Below are positions 34,272 through 45,914 of a DNA stretch of 64,000 bases, in pieces. Origin of the DNA: Thraustochytrium aureum (Eukaryota); the NCBI GenBank assembly GCA_012862495.1, contig BLSG01000001.1, positions 1 to 64,000 of the forward strand, written 5' to 3'. How positions within the stretch are numbered: the first letter of the stretch is position 1; every line of letters begins with the position of its first letter. The translations under genes were made by a program, and so were the position numbers. Under the pieces are notes generated by a model, which saw only the letters and a list, made by a program, of their open reading frames with translations, had not been told where the DNA came from and did not search any database.

Positions 34272-34712
34272 CTACTTGCGCTTCGGCCTCTGGGTGCACA
34301 GCGCGGATACCAGCCCCGCTCCAGCCACAAGAGCCAGGACGCCGTACAGGGCGCGGCCGCCTTGCACCGCTTCCAAGTGCGACTGCAAGACCCCCGGCAG
34401 CGCCTTGTACCGCGCGAGGATCTGGTGCTCCTGAAATGCAACCGCGCAGCCTTGCGCAAAGACGAGCAAAAAGCCCCACGGCGTGGGCCCCTCTTGGGCG
34501 AGAAAGGCGGCTCTCGCAAGATGCGCGATCGCGTTGAGCCGGAACATGTGGAGAAAGCCTTCGCGGGACACCGCAGAGTAGAACGCGGCGTCTCCGAGCG
34601 GCACGCCGCCGCCTTCCAGCTGACCTTTCGGATCCTTGAGCATCAGCAACCCCAGCAGCGCGTCAACGCCAACGATGCCAACCTGGCAGCACCGCGCGAA
34701 AGCGGCCGCCAT
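34272..34712 (-). CDS. Small multi-pass membrane protein with basic C-terminus
   Basis: ATG 34712; hydrophobic segments GIVGVDALLGLLML, WGFLLVFAQGCAVAF, LYGVLALVAGAGLVSAL; ends RPKRK. Confidence 0.5.
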   Translation of the reverse strand: MAAAFARCCQVGIVGVDALLGLLMLKDPKGQLEGGGVPLGDAAFYSAVSREGFLHMFRLNAIAHLARAAFLAQEGPTPWGFLLVFAQGCAVAFQEHQILARYKALPGVLQSHLEAVQGGRALYGVLALVAGAGLVSALCTQRPKRK

Positions 34713-35186
34713 GTTCCCTCGCCCAAGGCGCGCTCCTTGGCCAGCTGAATTCTGATCGCCGGCGATCATGAATGCCAGGCCGCCGAGGCGAAGAAGGCCC
34801 GCTCTTGCGGAATGCAACAACCTGACCCAACCTAACCGCGAGCAAACCCGTGCCCTCTATTAATTATTTCTGCGGAACAAACGCAATGCGAGAAATAAAT
34901 AGCGGGTTTAGTGTCCGCGCTGCACAGACCCAAAAACCGCGCGTGAATGACATTCATGACGAGATGATGAAATGAATTGAGGAATGCCAGAATGAATGCC
35001 AGAATCGGAAACGAGCGAGGCCAAGTGGCGATAGTCCCAGGACGGCGAAGGGCACCGGGCCCGGCATCGCGCAGCCAAGCTCGCAGGGAGCGGAGAAGGA
35101 TATCGCCCAGGGCAAGGAGCTCTCTTCCTGGCCACGCGCGGCGAGCGGCGAAGGTTGTTTTGTTTCCCTTATTGCGCACCGCGAGA

Positions 35187-36065
35187 ATGCGTCGCGTCCG
35201 CAAGACGCCCAGCCGACTCGTGACGCAGAAGGAGCTGCAAGAGCGGGCAGAGCTGTTCGCCAGCCCGTACTTTGAGGAGATGGAGACAGAGGAGCTGGAG
35301 GCGGCGTGGCTGGCGAGGGAGAACCAAGCGCATATCCAGCGGTGCGAGCAGGTGCGGTGGGCGCTCAAACGGGAGTTGAACACTGGCGCGCATTTGACAA
35401 TTGACCAGATTGTCAACCTGCGGCAGTGGTTTGAGCTCGTGGACGTCGACGACTCGGGCGACATCTCGGTCATGGAGCTCGTGGACCCGCTTCTCACAAC
35501 GGGACTAGCGACGTCGATCGAGGAATGTGTGGAGATCTTTGCAATGATCGACGCGGACAAGTCGGGCCAGATCGACTTTATCGAGTTTCTGCGGTTGGTG
35601 ACCATAAAGTCCTCTGGTCTTTTGGAGCGACTGCGCAAGCGACGGGCCAAGGAACAGGGAGAACCAATACCAGCCGCTCAGCGCGACGCGCCCGCGGACG
35701 AGGGCGACGACGACAAGGGCATCCTGGCGATGCTGCGAAAGCTGCAGCGCGATGAGTACAACACCGTGACGCTAACAACTGCCGTGGGAATGGAACGCCG
35801 CCGCTTCCTCCTTGCAAGTGTCATGCCAGACCTCGCCAATACCCGGCTGCGGATCGACTCGGCGAAGTTTCATGCCATCCAAAAGCTCATGCTCGGCAGT
35901 GCAGAGGAGCGCCGCAGGTCGCTCAGGCTCAGCCAGAGCCACTTTGTCCCTCCCAAGGTATGGGACGTCGACCTTCCGAGAGAAGGGTTTTATGGCGGGA
36001 GTATCAACGAGGCAGATCCCCCAGGCGTTCCCGCCACGACCAGAAATGCCCTGGCTGCGCCGTAA
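35187..36065 (+). CDS. EF-hand calcium-binding protein (may extend to about 36720 via a frameshift near 36020)
   Basis: Canonical EF loops DVDDSGDISVME and DADKSGQIDFIE with flanking helices. Confidence 0.8.
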   Translation: MRRVRKTPSRLVTQKELQERAELFASPYFEEMETEELEAAWLARENQAHIQRCEQVRWALKRELNTGAHLTIDQIVNLRQWFELVDVDDSGDISVMELVDPLLTTGLATSIEECVEIFAMIDADKSGQIDFIEFLRLVTIKSSGLLERLRKRRAKEQGEPIPAAQRDAPADEGDDDKGILAMLRKLQRDEYNTVTLTTAVGMERRRFLLASVMPDLANTRLRIDSAKFHAIQKLMLGSAEERRRSLRLSQSHFVPPKVWDVDLPREGFYGGSINEADPPGVPATTRNALAAP

Positions 36066-37207
36066 AACCGGCCGGCAGGCCGAACCAACGGACCCTGACG
36101 CTCCGCGTCCTGAGGCGCTGCCGAGCGCCTCGGCGGCTTGCGCCAAGCCGCTGCTGGCCGCACGTCTCCCGCAAGACAGCCTCGTCTTGCCTCGAGCAAG
36201 CAAGTTTCCGCCTCGCGATCGCCAAACGTACAGCGCAGTTCACGCAGCAGCCCTCTCTTCCGGCCCACGAGAGGACGACCAAGAGCAGCTCCTGTCCATG
36301 GTCCGAGCTACAAGCGAGTCCATCCTTGACAAGGAATGCAGGGTGCGAGTTTGCGGGTCCAATCCCGCCATAAATGTCAACGCGAGCAAACGGGCGATGC
36401 GCCGCAAGGATCTCCGGCCCTTCTTCGAGCGATACCTACCAGACCGCGTGGCGCAAGACAGGGAAACGCGCCAGCGCGCATTGCAGCGCAGTTTTCTGCA
36501 GTCCTCGATTCCCGATGCTGTGCGCGAGCAGCGCGTCCAGGTCGAGCGCCGGCATGAGCGCATCTGCGGCTCTCTTCGAGTCGCGCTGGGCCGAGCCGCG
36601 CCAGGCGCCAGCACAACCAGCCTAAAAGAGCACCAATTTGGCAAGAAAGTTGAACTTTACCCCGGGGCTGCGAAGCGAGATGGGTTTGAAGACCTCCTGT
36701 TTCGCATGAGCGGCTCTGAATCCCGCTGTTCTCGATTGATTGGGCCGCCGTTTATCTTGTTGATTGATCACGAGTTGGGACTTGGGATGATGGCACGAGG
36801 TCGTCAATCTGTTGACCGTGGCTGGATCTCTGGCCGCTCGCTGTCCATGAGAGCCTGCCTGGGCATCATCTCTCAGTTGCAACAAATCCGCTTCAGGTCC
36901 CGCTTGCCCAATCATCGCCCAGAGCGATCGAGGGCCGACCAGAACGGACGCGCGATCGCGTCGCTCGATCGTCGGTCCGCACAACCGTGGCTGGCCCTCT
37001 TTTTCACTCTTGGTCAATCAAATCGATCGATCCTGTCTGAGTCCATTTTTGGGCTGCAACGGGTCCGCTCGGCAAGCCTCGCTCGACACGCCGTATTGAG
37101 CGGCCCGCCTGCGCCGCCTCGGAGGGCATCGCGGGCGAGTCGAGCAGGCTCCGTGCACAGCTAGCTAGCTACGGGAAGGTCGGCTCAGGAAGGCCAGGTT
37201 CGCGGTC

Positions 37208-38765
37208 ATGGCGCGATCGCTCCTCGCAACGGTTCACTTCACGCTCGCCGTTTTCGCGGCGGCCGGCTCGCAGGTGCAGGCCAGGCTCTTCGCAGAGCTT
37301 GGCGGAGGCGCGCTCATCCACGCGGATGCCGGGTTTGAGGCGCTCGAAGCGCCTGTGGGCCTCGAGAGCGCTCAAAAGCTGCACGGGGAGCTCTCACGCC
37401 GCGCAAGCGCCAAGGCGTTCCAGCACGGAGCTTACCGCGCCGCTCCGGTGGCTGTTGCGGCAAGCTGGAGGCAGTGGCCAAGCAGCGACGGGGCGCGCGT
37501 CTTCCATGCTGCCGCGTTCGGTGCGCACGGCGGCACCTCGAACGACGCGACGGCCAGCTTGACAGCTGCACTGCATGCTCTTCTCGCGGTGTGCAAGGCG
37601 CCCGGGCAAGGCGTCATGGCCGTCCACATCGCCGACTGCGGTGGGGCCGCTCTCGACCTCGGCGGCGCAGTGCACGTGATCAGCGAGCCGCTCGTCATCC
37701 CTATTCTCTACGGCAACCTCGGCCTCCGCAACGGCGAGCTGCGCGCGTCGCCGTCGTTTCCCGTTAAACCGGCACCTCGTCGAGGTGGGCTCGAGCGACT
37801 GCCTCCCCATGAAGCTCAGTCCGCAAGACGTCTGCAACGAGTTTGTCTTCATCGACCAAATCCTGTTCGAGTCGTCGTACCAAAGCGCAGGCGGCGTCCT
37901 GATCGCAGCGACAATGTCGAGTACAGTCAACAGTTGTTTCTTTCACGGCTATTTGGGCAGCGCGGTCCTCATCACTGACGGGCACGAGGCCATGATCACC
38001 CGGTCTTGGATGTCCGCAAGGTATTGGTCCGACAAGGAGCCCTCGAACGAGGTCCTTGCAGGCACCGTGGGCGTCACGCTCGCCGGAAACGACCACATCG
38101 TGGACAACGTGATCGTGTTTGACTTTTCCATGATCGGCGTCGACGCGCGAAATCCGATCAGCCTGCTCAACAGCGTGCACACGTGGAACGCGGGAGGCGT
38201 CGGGATCCGCATCGCAGAGTCGGCCAGCGGCACGAGGCTGCGCGGCTGCTACTTGGACTTCAATACGCTCCTTATCCGCGACCCGGTCCAAGTCGTTTTA
38301 GAAGACACGGTGTTCCTCGCCACGAACATCCAGCTCGAGGCCGTCAAAGGCAAAGTGAACGGGCTCGTAATCCTAGACTCAGACTGGTGCGGCGACGTGC
38401 ACGGCAACTTTGTCGACCTGATCGGCACCTTTCGGCAAGGCGACGTTCACGCGGTCGTGATTGATCGCACAATGCCCACGCCTTCTCGGAGCAAGATTTC
38501 CTCGTACGCGACCGTGGCGACCGCTGCTGTGCCGATGGCGAGCGGCAACTCGACTGTCGTCGACCTCTCCGATCAGCTTGTGTTTCCGTGGATCGATCAC
38601 TTTACCTACTCGGTCGAGTTTCCGGAGGAGTGGAAGGGGGACAAATTCGTGGCCCACTATGCGGAGCGCGTGGAGGGGAAGCCAACGTCTATTCGCGTCG
38701 TGTTTGGCGCGCCGGTGACTGCAACTGTTCACTTGCGCGCGACGCAGGGCGCGCGGCCGGCTTGA
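37208..38765 (+). CDS. Secreted QRT3-like polygalacturonase / pectin-lyase-fold beta-helix protein (extra A at 37766-37768)
   Basis: Signal peptide; RVFHAAAFGA..NDATASL; GGAALDLGGAVHVISEPL; NGELRASPSFPV(N)RHLVE; GHEAMI; GNDHIVDNVIVF; VHTWN..GVGI; CYLDFNTLLIRDPVQV. These blocks parallel plant QUARTET3 motifs as I recall them. Confidence 0.8.
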
Positions 38766-39115
38766 GAGCGCTGCTGCATCCGCCGCGCTTGACTTGGTCT
38801 GCTTGCTCATGAGCAGACCATCAAGAGATTCAACCAGCCGCAATGCTGCGCTCCAGGGGCGCGCTGGCGGTGCTCTGCTTCGCTTTCGAATGTCTGAATC
38901 CGCCTGGGCCTCGCGATCGCGCGCAGCATCTTGGGACGATGGGGTTTCTCAAGTTCACTCGCAAAGGAAAGAATTTGATTGAGCATTGTTTTCTCGAAAC
39001 GTTTGCGCCAAGCATGTAGCGCAGCGTTCGCGCTCGATAGCGTCGTCAACCCGCCCCCCGACTGCCGCAACTCGGGATGGAGCGCGATCGCCAGCCTGGT
39101 CTCTGAGCATGATCA

Positions 39116-40462
39116 TTACAGGCACTGGTTGAACACCGCTTTGAACGTTTCCTCGCGGCCAGAGCGCGGCAAAGGCTCTGCTGATTTGAGGCAGTGTGCC
39201 TCGAGCGCCTCAAAGTCGACGTTGCCGTCCTCGATGTCCTTGCCAAGACCTTGGTCAAAGCCGGCGTATCTGGCCTTGATCATCTCAGCGAGCCGGCCCT
39301 TTTCAACGAGGCGAGCGGCGTTCCGCAGCCCTTTCGCCAGGACGTCCATCGACATGATGTGGGCAATGAAGAGGTCTTGGTCGTCGGTCGACTCGCGGCG
39401 CACTTTGGCATCAAAGTTGAGCCCGCCTTTCACGAAGCCGCCCATCTCGATGATCGCCTTCGCGACGAGCGTCGCCTTGGAAGGGTCGGCGATAAACTCA
39501 TCCGTGTCCCAGCCGAGGCTTTCCGACCCGGTGTTCGCGTCAATGCTTCCTAACTTGCCGAGCTGCGAGGCCAGGACGATGTCGTGCTCAAACTCGTGGC
39601 CCGCGAGCTGGGTGTGGTTGGGTTCGATGTTGAGCATTACGTCGTCGAACAGGCCATATGCGCGCAGAAAGCCGAGAACGGTCATGGCGTCGTAGTCGTA
39701 CTGGTGCTTCATGGGCTCGCGCGGCTTGGGCTCGACCATGATCTGCCCCTCAAAGCCGATCTTGGCCTTGTAGTCGATGGCCATTCTGAGCATCTTGGCG
39801 TAGTGATCCATTTCGCGCTTGAGGTCGGTGCTCAGGAGGCACTGGTACCCCTCGCGCCCGCCCCAAAACACGAATCCTTGGCCGCCAAGCTTTTTGGTCA
39901 CCTCGAGGGCCTTTTTCACCTGGGCGGCGGCCCGTGCAAAGACGGCGGGGTCTGGATTCGTGGCGGCCCCGTTCATGTATCGTGGATGCGAGAACAGATT
40001 GGCCGTGCCCCACAGCAGCTTGACGCCGGTCTCGCTCTGCAGCTCGAGCATGAGGTCTGTTACCGCGTCCAGGTTGGCGTTCGTCTCGGCGAGCGTCGCG
40101 CCTTCGGGGGACACGTCCACGTCGTGAAACGTGTAGTATTCGACGCCGAGCTTGGAGAAGAGCTCGAACGCGGCTCGGACGCGTAGGAGCGCGGTTTCGA
40201 GGCTGTCAGACCCGTCCTCCCAGTGGCGGTGAATGGTGGGCTTTCCGAACGGGTCTTGCCCGTTTGCGCGAAACGTGTGCCAAAAGCACACCGAGAATCG
40301 CAGCCAGTCTTTCATCTTCTTGCCCAGGACCACTTCTTCTGCGTTGTAGTACCTAAACGCAAGAACATCGTCGCTCTCCGGGCCTTTGTACTCGACCTTG
40401 TCCACCGAGGGAAAGAACTGGGCCATCTTGGCCTTCTTCACCGCCGGCTGCGAGCCGTCCAT
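39116..40462 (-). CDS. xylA: Xylose isomerase (class II)
   Basis: Intact 448-aa ORF with LRFSVCFWHTF, FHDVD, FWGGREGY, VEPKPREP, NIEPNH, GSIDAN, GWDTDEF, GGLNFDAKVRRES. Confidence 0.97.
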   Translation of the reverse strand: MDGSQPAVKKAKMAQFFPSVDKVEYKGPESDDVLAFRYYNAEEVVLGKKMKDWLRFSVCFWHTFRANGQDPFGKPTIHRHWEDGSDSLETALLRVRAAFELFSKLGVEYYTFHDVDVSPEGATLAETNANLDAVTDLMLELQSETGVKLLWGTANLFSHPRYMNGAATNPDPAVFARAAAQVKKALEVTKKLGGQGFVFWGGREGYQCLLSTDLKREMDHYAKMLRMAIDYKAKIGFEGQIMVEPKPREPMKHQYDYDAMTVLGFLRAYGLFDDVMLNIEPNHTQLAGHEFEHDIVLASQLGKLGSIDANTGSESLGWDTDEFIADPSKATLVAKAIIEMGGFVKGGLNFDAKVRRESTDDQDLFIAHIMSMDVLAKGLRNAARLVEKGRLAEMIKARYAGFDQGLGKDIEDGNVDFEALEAHCLKSAEPLPRSGREETFKAVFNQCL

Positions 40463-41810
40463 ACTCTTCGCAGGCAGCAGGGCTTGCGGTCCGACTCGTT
40501 GCAGGTGGCCTCAATCAAAAACAGCTCTCGCTCGCGAAGCCGTGCCGTGACCCTCAGCGCGTCGATTGCGACCCCGGTGCTGCCGCGCCGTGTTCTGCAG
40601 TGCTGCGGCGTGCCGAGCGGGTGCTGAGCGGCGCGCGCAGGCGGGCGTGTGGGCGTCGCTTCCTCGCTTCGTTCGATGGGGATCTGCAATCCATCTGCCA
40701 GCGCTCTCTGCACGCACGACCATTTATCTTCCACTCGCGCACCGAACACGCTCACCGTCCCCTGCTTCCATCCCACCAGCGCACTGGAAAACGGCCTCGC
40801 AAACAATCGAGCTGTCCGTGGCTCCAGTCGCTGCAGCGGGCCGCATCTCGCGCTCTTGCATCGAGGTCAGCCCTGGCACTGCTCGTGCTGTCGCACTTGT
40901 CCGGCCGGCCGTCGACTCCGCGCGGCGGTTGCGAGGACCAGCTCGAGCTCGAGCTGGCTGGCTGGAGCTTGCCTATCTTATCTATCACTGCTTGGCCGGC
41001 CCGCGTTNNNNNNNNNNNNNNNNNNNNNNNNNNNNNNNNNNNNNNNNNNNNNNNNNNNNNNNNNNNNNNNNNNNNNNNNNNNNNNNNNNNNNNNNNNNNN
41101 NNNNNNNNNNNNNNNNNNNNNNNNNNNNNNNNNNNNNNNNNNNNNNNNNNNNNNNNNNNNNNNNNNNNNNNNNNNNNNNNNNNNNNNNNNNNNNNNNNNN
41201 NNNNNNNNNNNNNNNNNNNNNNNNNNNNNNNNNNNNNNNNNNNNNNNNNNNNNNNNNNNNNNNNNNNNNNNNNNNNNNNNNNNNNNNNNNNNNNNNNNNN
41301 NNNNNNNNNNNNNNNNNNNNNNNNNNNNNNNNNNNNNNNNNNNNNNNNNNNNNNNNNNNNNNNNNNNNNNNNNNNNNNNNNNNNNNNNNNNNNNNNNNNN
41401 NNNNNNNNNNNNNNNNNNNNNNNNNNNNNNNNNNNNNNNNNNNNNNNNNNNNNNNNNNNNNNNNNNNNNNNNNNNNNNNNNNNNNNNNNNNNNNNNNNNN
41501 NNNNNNNNNNNNNNNNNNNNNNNNNNNNNNNNNNNNNNNNNNNNNNNNNNNNNNNNNNNNNNNNNNNNNNNNNNNNNNNNNNNNNNNNNNNNNNNNNNNN
41601 NNNNNNNNNNNNNNNNNNNNNNNNNNNNNNNNNNNNNNNNNNNNNNNNNNNNNNNNNNNNNNNNNNNNNNNNNNNNNNNNNNNNNNNNNNNNNNNNNNNN
41701 NNNNNNNNNNNNNNNNNNNNNNNNNNNNNNNNNNNNNNNNNNNNNNNNNNNNNNNNNNNNNNNNNNNNNNNNNNNNNNNNNNNNNNNNNNNNNNNTGCGT
41801 CTTGGACGGG

Positions 41811-42680
41811 ATGGCGACGAGCCCGGCCGAGACGGCGCGCGTCGAGGCGAACGCCGCCGTCGAGGCTGGCGAGCTCGAGGTGGCCGAGGCGGCGTATGGC
41901 AAGGTGCTGGAGATGAGCGAGGCGGACGGCGCGACGGCAGAGGTGCGCAGCAAGACGCTGGGGAACAGGAGCCTTGTGCGCTGCAAGCTTGGAAACGCTG
42001 CTGGCGCGCTGGAAGACGCCATCGCGAGCATCGAGGCGGATCAGACGTACGCCAAGGCCCACGAACGCAAGGCACAGGCGCTCTTGGCGCTGGGCCGCAG
42101 CTGGGAGGCGCGCAAGACGTACGCGGACGCGCTTGCGGCGTTCGACAAGGCTAACGCGCTGGACGCGCAAGCTTTCTTCCGCAACAAGCTGCGCAGCCTC
42201 ACAGAGATGTGCGCCAAGGAGGACCGTGCGGGGCCCGTCGCCTCCGTGGAGCACTTTCACGAGATTCTCAAGTACATCCCCAAGTCGGACCCGCGGATGC
42301 GGCTGGCTACGATGGCAACATTCTGGAACGACTCGTCGCAAGCCGACCGGCTGGTCATTTTCCGGGCCTTTCTCATGGTCTTGACTGGCAGTGACCAACT
42401 CCGCGAGTCGTCTGTGCCCGAGTCGAACATGGCTGCGCTGCCCATGGAAAACTACTCTGACATTGAGATTCCGTCGAGCTGGTCTGCTTTTTACGGGGCG
42501 CTCTCGACGGACGAGAAAGTCGGCACCTTTCACCTCATGTACGCGCTGTGCTCCAAGAACGAGCAGACGCTCATTGCCCGCGACCTGGCAGAGCTGTTTC
42601 CAAAGCCAGCGCAGGCGGGGCCTCGAACGCCGGTCACGAACAGCGCGCCTGCACTGCCCCAACCTCCAGGACCTCAGTAG
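41811..42680 (+). CDS. TPR-domain protein with uncharacterised C-terminal domain
   Basis: Three TPR-like repeats (ANAAVEAGELEVAEAAYGKVL; LGNRSLVRCKLGNAAGALEDAIASI; YAKAHERKAQALLALGRSWEA). Confidence 0.8.
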   Translation: MATSPAETARVEANAAVEAGELEVAEAAYGKVLEMSEADGATAEVRSKTLGNRSLVRCKLGNAAGALEDAIASIEADQTYAKAHERKAQALLALGRSWEARKTYADALAAFDKANALDAQAFFRNKLRSLTEMCAKEDRAGPVASVEHFHEILKYIPKSDPRMRLATMATFWNDSSQADRLVIFRAFLMVLTGSDQLRESSVPESNMAALPMENYSDIEIPSSWSAFYGALSTDEKVGTFHLMYALCSKNEQTLIARDLAELFPKPAQAGPRTPVTNSAPALPQPPGPQ

Positions 42681-42808
42681 TCACTCTGGCCAAGAATGAA
42701 GGGCGACGTGCGCGGCGAGGGCTCGCGCGCCACTGGCAAAGAAAAGAGGGAAAATGCACATTTCTCATTCGTTGCTACTCACCATTTCATTTGTTGCTGC
42801 TCACCACC

Positions 42809-45049
42809 TCATTTGTTGCTGCTCACCACCTTGTTGATAAAGTCGGCCTTCTCCAGGCAGTCCTCGAAGCCGACTCCGCGAGCCGTCAACACCGCTTTCA
42901 ACTCGCTGGGCCGCATCGCCGATGCCTCCTCACGCGTGTAGTTCCTTGTTGGTGCGGCGGCCGCGGGAGCTGGCGCAGGCGTCGGCTGGGGCTGCTGCGG
43001 CGTCTGCTGCTGCGGCGTCTGCTGCTGCGGCGTCTGCTGTTGCTGTTGCTGCTGCTGCTGCTGCTGCTGCTGACTGAAACTTTTCATGTTGCGNNNNNNN
43101 NNNNNNNNNNNNNNNNNNNNNNNNNNNNNNNNNNNNNNNNNNNNNNNNNNNNNNNNNNNNNNNNNNNNNNNNNNNNNNNNNNNNNNNNNNNNNNNNNNNN
43201 NNNNNNNNNNNNNNNNNNNNNNNNNNNNNNNNNNNNNNNNNNNNNNNNNNNNNNNNNNNNNNNNNNNNNNNNNNNNNNNNNNNNNNNNNNNNNNNNNNNN
43301 NNNNNNNNNNNNNNNNNNNNNNNNNNNNNNNNNNNNNNNNNNNNNNNNNNNNNNNNNNNNNNNNNNNNNNNNNNNNNNNNNNNNNNNNNNNNNNNNNNNN
43401 NNNNNNNNNNNNNNNNNNNNNNNNNNNNNNNNNNNNNNNNNNNNNNNNNNNNNNNNNNNNNNNNNNNNNNNNNNNNNGACCCGGCACTCGGCTCTGCTTT
43501 GGCGGCGGTCGCTTCATCCACTTGACCGGGGCTGGCGGGTTGGGCTTGCTGCGCGGCAGCGGAGGCGCCAGATGCAGCAGGACCCGGAGCTGCGGGTGTG
43601 CCGGCGCTGGTCGTCGCGTCCGGCGCCTCCGAGGAAGGCGCGGCGGGGACGGCCCCCTCAGCGATGCCATTGGCCTCTCGCGCCATCGCCATCGCCTTGT
43701 TCTTCTCTTTCTTGAGCTCTTTCTTTTCGAGCTTCTTCGCTACTTTGTAGGTCTTGTACACGGACTTGACGACACGGTACTTGTTGGCGATCACGTGGCC
43801 GCGGCGCTTGATCTCCGTGAGGCCGAGCCCCGCGCCGATGCTGTGCTTGAACCCGAGGTACTTTTCCGCCTGCTCGATGTAGACGTAGCCAATGACGTTG
43901 AGGAGCGTCCCGCCGAAAGCAGAGGCCGAAAGGTCCTTGGCCTCGGCCTCCATCTTGGCACGGAACTGCGCGTGGCCGGAGGCGGGGTCTTCGTCGATGT
44001 ATTCTTGCAGCGTTTTGACCAGGTTGACCGCGCACTGGACCTCGCGCTGGCGCTGGCGAAACTCCATGGCCGGATCGTCCTCGAAGAGGGCCTGAAAGGC
44101 GTTCTCGTCGTCGACGCCAACCTCCATGCCCTTGCTCATCATCGTGGCGAGCTGGAGCTCGCCGACGTAATAGTCAAATTTGTCGCTGCCGAAGATCATC
44201 ATGAAGAAGGCCGCGCTGTCCATACGGGCACGTCCTCCACGCCATCCTTGCCGTGCTTGCATAGCGTTTCGCGGAGCGCGGGGTCGCTGAGGACCTGGTA
44301 CGCTGCCCCGACTCTTGGAAGCGCTCGTGCGACTTGGGGTCGTTCGGGTTTTTGTCCGGGTGCAACTTCTTGGCCTTGACGTAATAGGCCTTTTTGATTT
44401 GCCCAGGCGTTGCGTTCGTGTCGACGCCGAGCAGGTCGTAGTACACCTTGTCTTTGACCTTGCGCGCGGGCCGCGGGGCGTCGCCGTCGGCAGCGGCGCC
44501 AGAGGGCGGCTTGCCCTCGCCGCTCTCGCCGCTCTCGCCGGCGGCCTTTGCGTGCTTTTCGAGGAATTCTTCTTCCGTTTCGGCCGCACTCGAGCGGCCT
44601 CCTCCTTGAGGTCGTAGAGGTACCACTCCCGCTTTTTGGCGTCCCACTCTTTGCCCTCGCGCGCCTCCATGAAGCTTCCGGTGTGTTGAACAGGCCGCGC
44701 CCGATCTGGTACAGGCCCGTCCCGATGCCGCCCAGCGGGAGGGCAACGCCAGCGGCAACGCCGCCTGCGAGGCCCTTCGCAAAGCCTCCGAGTCCGCTCT
44801 CGCGCGCTCCGATCACAGGCAGGGACACGGCAGCCACGGCACCGCCGAGAATCCCTTTGCCCACATTCTTCAGCCCGTTCGACAGGCCAGCCATCGCGTC
44901 CTTGGGCCGCCTCGTCGAGAACAGCTCGCCGTCGATCTCATCCCCCTCGCCTCCATTCTGCAGCGCGAGCGTCCCAGGCTCGGGTGCCGCTCGTTCCTCC
45001 GCGCGCGCCTCGGCCGCCCAGCGGGCACCTCCGCTCCCTGCGCCGCCAT
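42809..45049 (-). CDS. DnaJ protein with J domain, DNAJ-X domain and C-terminal SAP/ARMET_C-like motif (several frameshifts, one gap)
   Basis: J domain [72 protein letters not shown]-terminal Gly-rich amphipathic [12 protein letters not shown]; after the gap polyQ then [30 protein letters not shown]. Start uncertain. Confidence 0.85.
42990..43072. repeat. (CTG)n and 15-bp repeats encoding polyQ/(QQQTP)n
   Basis: Read directly; within the DnaJ C-terminal linker. Confidence 0.85.
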
Positions 45050-45665
45050 CCCGTCCGCAGCCTCGCTCGAGACCGGCGGCCGAGCGCGGCCCTGCCCGCC
45101 CCCTATCGCCTGCCTTCCTCTCTAGCGCCGTCGTCGGCGNNNNNNNNNNNNNNNNNNNNNNNNNNNNNNNNNNNNNNNNNNNNNNNNNNNNNNNNNNNNN
45201 NNNNNNNNNNNNNNNNNNNNNNNNNNNNNNNNNNNNNNNNNNNNNNNNNNNNNNNNNNNNNNNNNNNNNNNNNNNNNNNNNNNNNNNNNNNNNNNNNNNN
45301 NNNNNNNNNNNNNNNNNNNNNNNNNNNNNNNNNNNNNNNNNNNNNNNNNNNNNNNNNNNNNNNNNNNNNNNNNNNNNNNNNNNNNNNNNNNNNNNNNNNN
45401 NNNNNNNNNNNNNNNNNNNNNNNNNNNNNNNNNNNNNNNNNNNNNNNNNNNNNNNNNNNNNNNNNNNNNNNNNNNNNNNNNNNNNNNNNNNNNNNNNNNN
45501 NNNNNNNNNNNNNNNNNNNNNNNNNNNNNNNNNNNNNNNNNNNNNNNNNNNNNNNNNNNNNNNNNNNNNNNNNNNNNNNNNNNNNNNNNNNNNNNNNNNN
45601 NNNNNNNNNNNNNNNNNNNNNNNNNNNNNNNNNNNNNNNNNNNNNNNNNNNNNNNNNNNNNNNNN

Positions 45666-45698
45666 TCGCTCGCTCGCTCGCTCGCTCGCTCGATCGAT
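45666..45698. repeat. (TCGC)n microsatellite at gap edge between divergent genes
   Basis: tcgctcgctcgctcgctcgctcgctcgatcgat. Confidence 0.8.
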
Positions 45699-45914
45699 CC
45701 GTCCATCCACTTGACCGGCGTGGCGCCTCGCGCGAGTCTGCCTGGCCGCCCGGGTACCACCAGGCGGCGCCGCCGACAGCCCAGCATCGATCGATCCCTG
45801 CCGGCTGCCAGACTTGCCGCCGGAAACGCCCCCGTTGCGCAGGTTGACCACCGAACAAGCGGCGCCGAAGGGCGCTGTAGATGGTGCTGGACGAGGCTCG
45901 CGCACCCAGAGGCG

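Noticed and set aside
8302..36065. UNC119, MORN, EF-hand and repeat proteins as a flagellar gene cluster
   Set aside because: They are interspersed with unrelated housekeeping genes, and such families are abundant in flagellate genomes.
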